A stretch of 64,000 nucleotides of DNA from Agathobacter sp. (lineage in GTDB: Bacteria > Bacillota > Clostridia > Lachnospirales > Lachnospiraceae). Below, one piece after another: positions 58,119-64,000 of the stretch (positions are counted from its first letter, which is position 1; each line of letters begins with the position of its first letter). The position numbers were made by a program, and so were the translations under genes. The notes beneath the pieces were generated by a model that saw only the letters and a list, made by a program, of their open reading frames with translations, did no database searches and was not told where the DNA came from. The stretch covers positions 11,229 to 75,228 of the forward strand of contig JAZUGV010000034.1 of the NCBI GenBank assembly GCA_045641385.1, read 5' to 3'.

Positions 58119-59555
58119 TTAACCAATCACTCCATCAACAATTCTTTCAATTTCCGACTTCAAAAAGACCTCATTGTAGGGGCGAAGCACATATCCAGCT
58201 GGATTAAGCGCTTTACACTTTAATACGGTCTCTCTGTCAGCAAGCACAGTAACAAAAATAATAGGCACCTTATTTTTTGTCATATTCTGAATGCGGGTTG
58301 CCGCCTCAATACCGTCCATGTCCGGCATATCGATATCCATAAGAATCAAATCTGGATATTCTTTTTTCAGTATACAGCCAATTGCCTGTTCTCCAGAACG
58401 CAACAGGTTTAATTCGTATTCATTCTTTAACATAGCGCGAAGCATGGCAAGATTCGTCTTCATATCATCTACAACCATAATTTTTTTCTTTCGCGCCTGT
58501 TCAATCGTCCTTGAACGAATCTTTTCTCCCTCCAAATCAGGAGAATCTGTATCCCCTCCAGTAATTGTGATTGTGAGATTTTTGTCATCCGACAAATCAA
58601 GCAGCGCACCATTTTCCAATTTCACAACCGGACGAAGTACATGGCCACCTCGATTCTCATAGACAATCGCTTTCTCGCCATTGGAAAGAGTTACCATCTG
58701 TCCCTTTTGATAAATTGGAACATACTTTAGCAGAACATTTACAATCTCCGGCTGAAATAAAACCCCTGATGCTCCCATCAGATACTCTGCCGCTTCCCCT
58801 GGCGAATATGGATTTTTATAAGGACGCTTCGAAATCAAAGCATCGTACACATCTGCAACATGGATGATGCTTGCAAACAATGGAATATCATCATACATAA
58901 GTCCACGAGGGTAACCTGTACCATCATAATTTTCATGATGAAATAGCACCGCATTTTTAACATTGGAAGAGATATCCCAGCGCTCTGCCAAAATCTTATG
59001 AGACAGTTCCGCGTGTGTCTTAATTGTCTCATACTCTTCCTTTGTGAGACGATCTGGCTTATTTAGAATCTCTGTTGGTATCATCATCTTGCCAAGGTCG
59101 TGCAGTAAAGCCGCAAGTACCAGCTGATACTGCTGTTCTGCCTCAAGTTGCATACCGATTCCAATGGCACCGCAAAGTACAGCAACATTCACAGAATGCG
59201 CATAGGTATAATTGTCGTAAGCGCGAATATCTCTGATATCAAAGGAAATCTCACTGGATTCCAAAAGCTCATCTACAATTTTCTTTGCCACCTCAAGACA
59301 GCCATCAATATTCCCATCTACAAGATATCGGATTCCCTCCTGTCTCATCGCCTCTGGGATTGCCTCCTTGATGTCGATATCTCTTGAAATTTCATCATCG
59401 ATATAAACGCCAAAGATCCCTCTGTTCTCAAGGCCTTCAATATATTCTTCTGTAAGGATGCAGCCTCGGCCAATTAAGGTGCGACCATGCTCATCATAAA
59501 TATCACGTGCCAGGACCATTCCCGGCTCAGCCAGCTCTATATTAACGATTCTCAT
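58119..59555 (-). CDS. HD-GYP phosphodiesterase with C-terminal REC domain
   Basis: HSVNV, LLHDLGK, HAELS, HHENYDGTGYP, VADVYDAL, RPYK. C-terminal REC VVDD..LMD. Confidence 0.9.
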   Translation of the reverse strand: MRIVNIELAEPGMVLARDIYDEHGRTLIGRGCILTEEYIEGLENRGIFGVYIDDEISRDIDIKEAIPEAMRQEGIRYLVDGNIDGCLEVAKKIVDELLESSEISFDIRDIRAYDNYTYAHSVNVAVLCGAIGIGMQLEAEQQYQLVLAALLHDLGKMMIPTEILNKPDRLTKEEYETIKTHAELSHKILAERWDISSNVKNAVLFHHENYDGTGYPRGLMYDDIPLFASIIHVADVYDALISKRPYKNPYSPGEAAEYLMGASGVLFQPEIVNVLLKYVPIYQKGQMVTLSNGEKAIVYENRGGHVLRPVVKLENGALLDLSDDKNLTITITGGDTDSPDLEGEKIRSRTIEQARKKKIMVVDDMKTNLAMLRAMLKNEYELNLLRSGEQAIGCILKKEYPDLILMDIDMPDMDGIEAATRIQNMTKNKVPIIFVTVLADRETVLKCKALNPAGYVLRPYNEVFLKSEIERIVDGVIG

Positions 59556-59676
59556 ATGAATTTCCTCTATGTATAAAATGCTTTTTGCGGCTATATTATA
59601 GCACTTTGGAACTAGTTATCAAAGTACTACTTTCAGCCACAGGCGATACAAATGGCTTTTTCTTCGTCTTATACGT

Positions 59677-59724
59677 AAAATAGAGTTTCGCATGCGAAAC
59701 TCTATTTTTAAACATTCTACTATT
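59677..59724 (+). repeat. Dispersed palindromic repeat, copy 2 (perfect 32-bp palindrome 59677-59708); may also act as terminator of the PAS gene
   Basis: AAAATAGAGTTTCGCA|TGCGAAACTCTATTTT. Confidence 0.8.
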
Positions 59725-59738
59725 TTTTAATTGACATT

Positions 59739-60137
59739 TTACTTATCAATCAAATTGGTATCAAAGATGAATACACAGAATACCGGGCCATAATCCACAG
59801 TATCCACCAATTTTCCATAATCAGAGATGGTATGAATCTCTCCGTTTTTGCGAATGATTCGATACTCTACATGGTCGTACTTTTCATCATTTGCCTTTAC
59901 CTGCTGCCAGATAACATCCTCAACAGCATCAATATCATCCGGATGAACCATGCCTGGGAACGTATTCCCTGTCAATTCAACGAATTCTTCCATCGTTTCG
60001 CAACCATAAATCCTGATTGCAGCCTGATTGATGTGGATGATTTCCTCCGTCATATCCGCCTTATAGATGTAATAACCGCCTGGAATCATTTCCACTAAGT
60101 CTTCTGGTTTTAAAATACTAAGTTTCTTCTCTTCCAT
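59739..60137 (-). CDS. Stand-alone PAS domain protein
   Basis: IPGGYYIY..INQAA..YG, MVHPDD, VEYRIIRKNG. Confidence 0.82.
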   Translation of the reverse strand: MEEKKLSILKPEDLVEMIPGGYYIYKADMTEEIIHINQAAIRIYGCETMEEFVELTGNTFPGMVHPDDIDAVEDVIWQQVKANDEKYDHVEYRIIRKNGEIHTISDYGKLVDTVDYGPVFCVFIFDTNLIDK

Positions 60138-60262
60138 AATGTATATCCCCATATCATTTATATATCACAACCTAACTTTAATGATATGTAAATGCACGAT
60201 AGAATGCAATGAGAAATATGCATTTTACTACAAAAAAATTGATTTATTATACACAAATATGA

Positions 60263-60291
60263 TTGCGAAACCACAAAAAGGATGATATCAT
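60263..60291 (+). promoter_or_regulatory. Possible SigA promoter of the MCP gene
   Basis: TTGCGA-17 nt-TATCAT with extended -10 TG. Confidence 0.45.
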
Positions 60292-60336
60292 TTAGGAAAA
60301 TGGTACCATAAACAATCACAATAAAGGAGATGACAA

Positions 60337-61831
60337 ATGGAAGAAAAGAAACCAGAATTTCGATTTAGTTCAGAGGATGTACGCTATTATTTTATGAACC
60401 GTATCTACATCGTCTGCTCAAGCCTGATTTGGGCGGTCTACATTGTATATTCCGTTATCAAAGCAACCAGCCGAACCCTTCCAATGTGGATTGTTAACGG
60501 ACTAGCTGCCGCTGCAATCTTTTTTTCTGATTGCAAACATTATTACTCAGAGGAAAAAACTACTTCCCAAAGGGTTAAAGACGATTGCTGCGATTGAGGT
60601 TGCAGGTGTAGCCTTATTCCTTGGGCTCGTAACAGATGCAGAGTTTATCTACATCATTTTCCCACTCGTTTTGGTTCTTCAGATTCCATATTATGATATC
60701 AAGGATTTCCAGCGTGGACAGATTGGAGTCACGGTCTTCTTTTTAATCGTAGTCGTAAAGCGATTTATTTTTAACGATTATATGCACGCAAGTAACTGGT
60801 GCACCGTCATCGTTGTATGGATGTCTATCATCTTCGTCGGTGTTGTTCAGACAGCGTCCAAGCGATTCTTTGACGACGCGCTTGGATATGCAGAATATCA
60901 GGCAAGTCAACAAAAACAGGTTATGGATGATATCATTGATTTATCTCAGGTTGTTTCAAATAAGACCGAAGAAAGCACCGGCCTCGTTGAAGATTTGCTG
61001 AGCAAGACTGATCGCGTTGCCCACAGTATGCAGGAAATTGCAGCAGCTGCTGCAGAAACAGCTGAGGGAATCACCGAGCAAAATGCAATGACCCAGACCA
61101 TTAACGAGGTTGTACATCGTACAGAGTCACATTCAAAGGCTATGGTCGAGATTGCAGTTTCATCAAATGATAACATCAAGACAAACTTACTTGAGTTAAA
61201 GGCATTAAAGGAACAGGCAGATTATATCAAGGAAACCAACCAGTTAGTTGCAAACTCAATGATGCGTCTGCAGGAAAAGACCAAAGAGGTTGGCGAAATC
61301 GCCAATATCATTCTTGGAATTTCAAGTCAGACAAATCTCCTCTCGCTGAATGCATCGATCGAGAGTGCACGAGCTGGAGAAGCTGGAAAGGGCTTTGCCG
61401 TTGTTGCTGACGAGATTCGTGGCTTATCCGATGAGACCAAGGATGCTACAGAGAATATCCGCAAGATCACAGATGAGCTCGTTGCAAACGCACAGGAAGC
61501 TGCTGATTCTGTAGCAATCTCATTAAAAGAAGCAGAAAATCAGAATGAAAAGATTAATTCTGCCGTAGAAACCTTCCAGGCTCTTGGCGACAATATGTCT
61601 GAGCTGATTTCAAACATCAATGAAATCGATAAAGAAATCAGCGGTATTGCAAGCTCTACCAACAAGATTACAGATAACCTTGAGCGCATCTCCGCTTCAA
61701 CACAGGAGGTAACTGCAAGCGCTGATGTGGTAAGCGAGATTTCCATTGACAATCTAAGGTCCGCTGGAATTGTAAAGGATGCCATTGATGCAATCGAAAA
61801 CCAGACCAATGGATTAAAGAAATTTTTCTAA
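60337..61831 (+). pseudogene. Multi-TM methyl-accepting chemotaxis protein split by a +1 frameshift in a T7 tract (60520-60526)
   Basis: ORFs 60337-60597 and 60671-61831 join into one 497-aa frame if one T is removed. MA tip [34 protein letters not shown]. Confidence 0.82.
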
Positions 61832-61851
61832 CCTCATATCCAAACGCAAGA

Positions 61852-61880
61852 AATCCCAGAGCACAGCTCTGGGATTTTTA
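61852..61880. terminator. Bidirectional terminator
   Basis: AAATCCCAGAGC-ACA-GCTCTGGGATTT. Confidence 0.8.
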
Positions 61881-61884
61881 TTAA

Positions 61885-64000
61885 TTAAGCACCACATGCA
61901 GAACAATATCCAAAGACCTCAGCGGCCCAGGTGATGCTCCACTCCATTTTGTCGTAATTGCCATCCTCATGTACCATTACCGCTCCATACGGTGCAAAGG
62001 CTGCATTATAGGTATCCTCGTCACACACATCTCCGTGCAAATAATAGATGGTATCCCAATGAAATCTCATATAAGCGGACAATTCGCACTTCGCTGTTCC
62101 ATCCTTTATTCTGTAAGCCTTGTCGTAGATATAATCTTCGTCATCGCTATAGATGATAAAACAGCCTGACATTGGTGTATACCTATTTACGCTAGTCGAA
62201 TAATAATTTCCTGCCCAATAATTTTCGTAATTCTCTTTCGGATTTTCCACACATTCAAAGGCCTTTCCATTCGCATAAGAAAACACTGTAGCATATCCGC
62301 TCTCTGCCACCGCAATCAGCTCTGGAATGTTATCATCTGTAATATAGACAAACTCAAATTTTTTATAGCTATCAGAAGTCATATAGGTATCCTCAGCCTC
62401 TGAAACGGCCTGCTCATAGGCCGCAACCACAGCCAGTGGATTCTCTTCATCATCTTTAATGTTTCTACTATCCTCTCCACTTCTTGCAACATAGGATGCA
62501 AGGATAAAGTCATTTTTTATTCCACCTTGAACAGCCATTGCATTTGCATAAAACAGATAATGCGTCATATTCAGCTCCTCTGTTACCTTTGCAACCACTT
62601 CACTATCTGGAATCAAATCCATAAAAAGGCCATACCACACCATGTCTGCAAGGCGCTCAACTCCAAATGCATCACAAATGCCATAGCCAGCATTCATGTA
62701 TTCTACATACTCTGAATTCTGCGCATTTTCAAGAAAACTTCGATCACTGTTATTTGCCGATATATAAGCAGAATATTCTGTCACAAAATTATTGCCGTCA
62801 TAATAGGATAAAATTGCACCACGCTTAAAAGCTTCAAGAACGTGCCAATTCATACCTTTTGTTTGCTCAAGAATATACACAAATTCTCCGCGTTCACAAT
62901 AAGCAACATAATTCTCCCCCGTATCGAGGAAATCCAAATGAGCGCCCTCCTTTGTCGCCGCAAGAACAAGCGAGCCTGGTTCAGCATCAAATTCATACAT
63001 CTGAAGCTCGTAAGCGTTGTCAGCTCCCGTACTCATTACGACGAGCAGCTCATCACTATCATCCTTATCAAAGTCGTAAATCTCATATCCGATATATCCT
63101 GCCTGGAATGCTCCATCAAGGGATTCTTGTCCATAGTCTCCATTCTCAATGACATTCACTCTTGTACCAGAGACATCTACATAACCTGTCAAAAAGGCAT
63201 CCGTCGCACTGTAAATATCCGCAAAGCCACTGGTTGGAACCTTCTTTTTCGCGCCGCCAATCACGCCCGTAAACACCAAAGTAGCAGTTGCAACACCTGT
63301 TGCTGCGGCTACTCCTGCCACAGCGATTCCAATTTTTACTCCAAGCTTCATTCCTGTTTTTGCAACAGCTTTTGTTGCAGCTGCTGCAAGCGGCTTTGCA
63401 GCCATATTACTGTTTGCAGCTGCAGAAACAGGCGCAACAGGTGATGCTGTATTCGCACTCAGATTAGCATCTGCAGCTGCAGCCACCCCACGCGTTACGG
63501 TGGCAGCACCTGCAGCGCTGGCGATGCTTGTGCCTGCGCCCTGAATTGCGTTATATAGAATATGACCTGCCGCCTGATATAATTGCGGTGAAGCAGATAC
63601 CGATGCGAACTCCATGCGAAGCAGCCATAAGAAAAATGGAATTGGTGCAAGTCCATAAAGCTTTGTACCGCTCTTCTCCAAAGAAAGCACCTGATTTTTA
63701 ATCTTTTGTCTGCCATAGTTTAAGCGACTCTTTACAGTATTTTCTGAAAGATTCAAAAAGGCGGCAATTTCTTTTACGCTCCACTCCTGCAAATAGAACA
63801 TCGTCACACAGATTCTTTGTTCTTCCGATAAATCGTCGACAATCGCACGAATCATTCGCGCATTTTCTTCCTGTTCAAAGGCCTGTTCAGGCTGTGCATA
63901 GAAGCGGGTATCCTCAATAAAATCTTCTACTGCGCCATCCATCTCACTTTCAGCCTGTGAAAACAAAAGTGGTGTTGTTTTACGAATCTCATTTAGGGCT
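61885..64000 (-). CDS. ECF-type sigma factor fused to an Ala-rich linker, TM helix and large extracellular domain (5' end outside window)
   Basis: Sigma region 4 LSEEQRICVTMFY..SVKEIA..SENTVKSRLNYGR. The frame stays open to the window edge. Confidence 0.82.
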   Translation of the reverse strand, partial: ALNEIRKTTPLLFSQAESEMDGAVEDFIEDTRFYAQPEQAFEQEENARMIRAIVDDLSEEQRICVTMFYLQEWSVKEIAAFLNLSENTVKSRLNYGRQKIKNQVLSLEKSGTKLYGLAPIPFFLWLLRMEFASVSASPQLYQAAGHILYNAIQGAGTSIASAAGAATVTRGVAAAADANLSANTASPVAPVSAAANSNMAAKPLAAAATKAVAKTGMKLGVKIGIAVAGVAAATGVATATLVFTGVIGGAKKKVPTSGFADIYSATDAFLTGYVDVSGTRVNVIENGDYGQESLDGAFQAGYIGYEIYDFDKDDSDELLVVMSTGADNAYELQMYEFDAEPGSLVLAATKEGAHLDFLDTGENYVAYCERGEFVYILEQTKGMNWHVLEAFKRGAILSYYDGNNFVTEYSAYISANNSDRSFLENAQNSEYVEYMNAGYGICDAFGVERLADMVWYGLFMDLIPDSEVVAKVTEELNMTHYLFYANAMAVQGGIKNDFILASYVARSGEDSRNIKDDEENPLAVVAAYEQAVSEAEDTYMTSDSYKKFEFVYITDDNIPELIAVAESGYATVFSYANGKAFECVENPKENYENYWAGNYYSTSVNRYTPMSGCFIIYSDDEDYIYDKAYRIKDGTAKCELSAYMRFHWDTIYYLHGDVCDEDTYNAAFAPYGAVMVHEDGNYDKMEWSITWAAEVFGYCSACGA

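Noticed and set aside
1025-63716. Numerous antisense/overlapping ORFs in the track (e.g. 1545-2081, 18908-19582, 32046-32720, 36647-37324, 62842-63444)
   Set aside because: Shadows of well-supported opposite-strand genes, with no RBS or domain motifs.
1-64000. Prophage, transposase, integrase, defence system, tRNA/rRNA
   Set aside because: No ORF with such motifs and no tRNA/rRNA-like sequence was recognised.

Overview
A ~41% GC, almost entirely minus-strand-coded chromosomal segment of a Clostridia bacterium. Gene content and order suggest a Lachnospiraceae-like organism (inference). 1-20.6 kb is the core plsX-acpP-rnc-smc-ftsY...ylxM-ffh-rpsP-khpA-trmD-rplS-lepB-rbgA-rnhB-fliK-like region. 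It shows local oddities: displaced rimM, a TrmD-GNAT fusion, and a LepB lacking its catalytic Lys. 26-40.5 kb is a chemosensory/phosphorelay cluster: PAS kinase, degenerate REC-HD-GYP, cheR, cheB, CheY-like regulator, cheA, cheW, a sensor-less MCP, a hybrid kinase-Hpt and a hybrid kinase fused to a degenerate DegV domain. It is followed by ilvN/ilvB, folA/thyA and accessory genes. A second signalling cluster at 53-62 kb holds an intact HD-GYP-REC, a hybrid pseudo-kinase with Hpt, a soluble hybrid kinase, a nitroreductase, a PAS protein and a frameshifted MCP. A membrane-anchored ECF sigma factor runs off the right edge. The most striking unexplained structure is a ~560-bp non-coding imperfect palindrome at 48084-48643, a predicted rod-like hairpin capped by two related terminator-like hairpins. 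No rRNA, tRNA, CRISPR array, transposase or integrase was recognised. All calls come from manual motif reading; no database searches were run.
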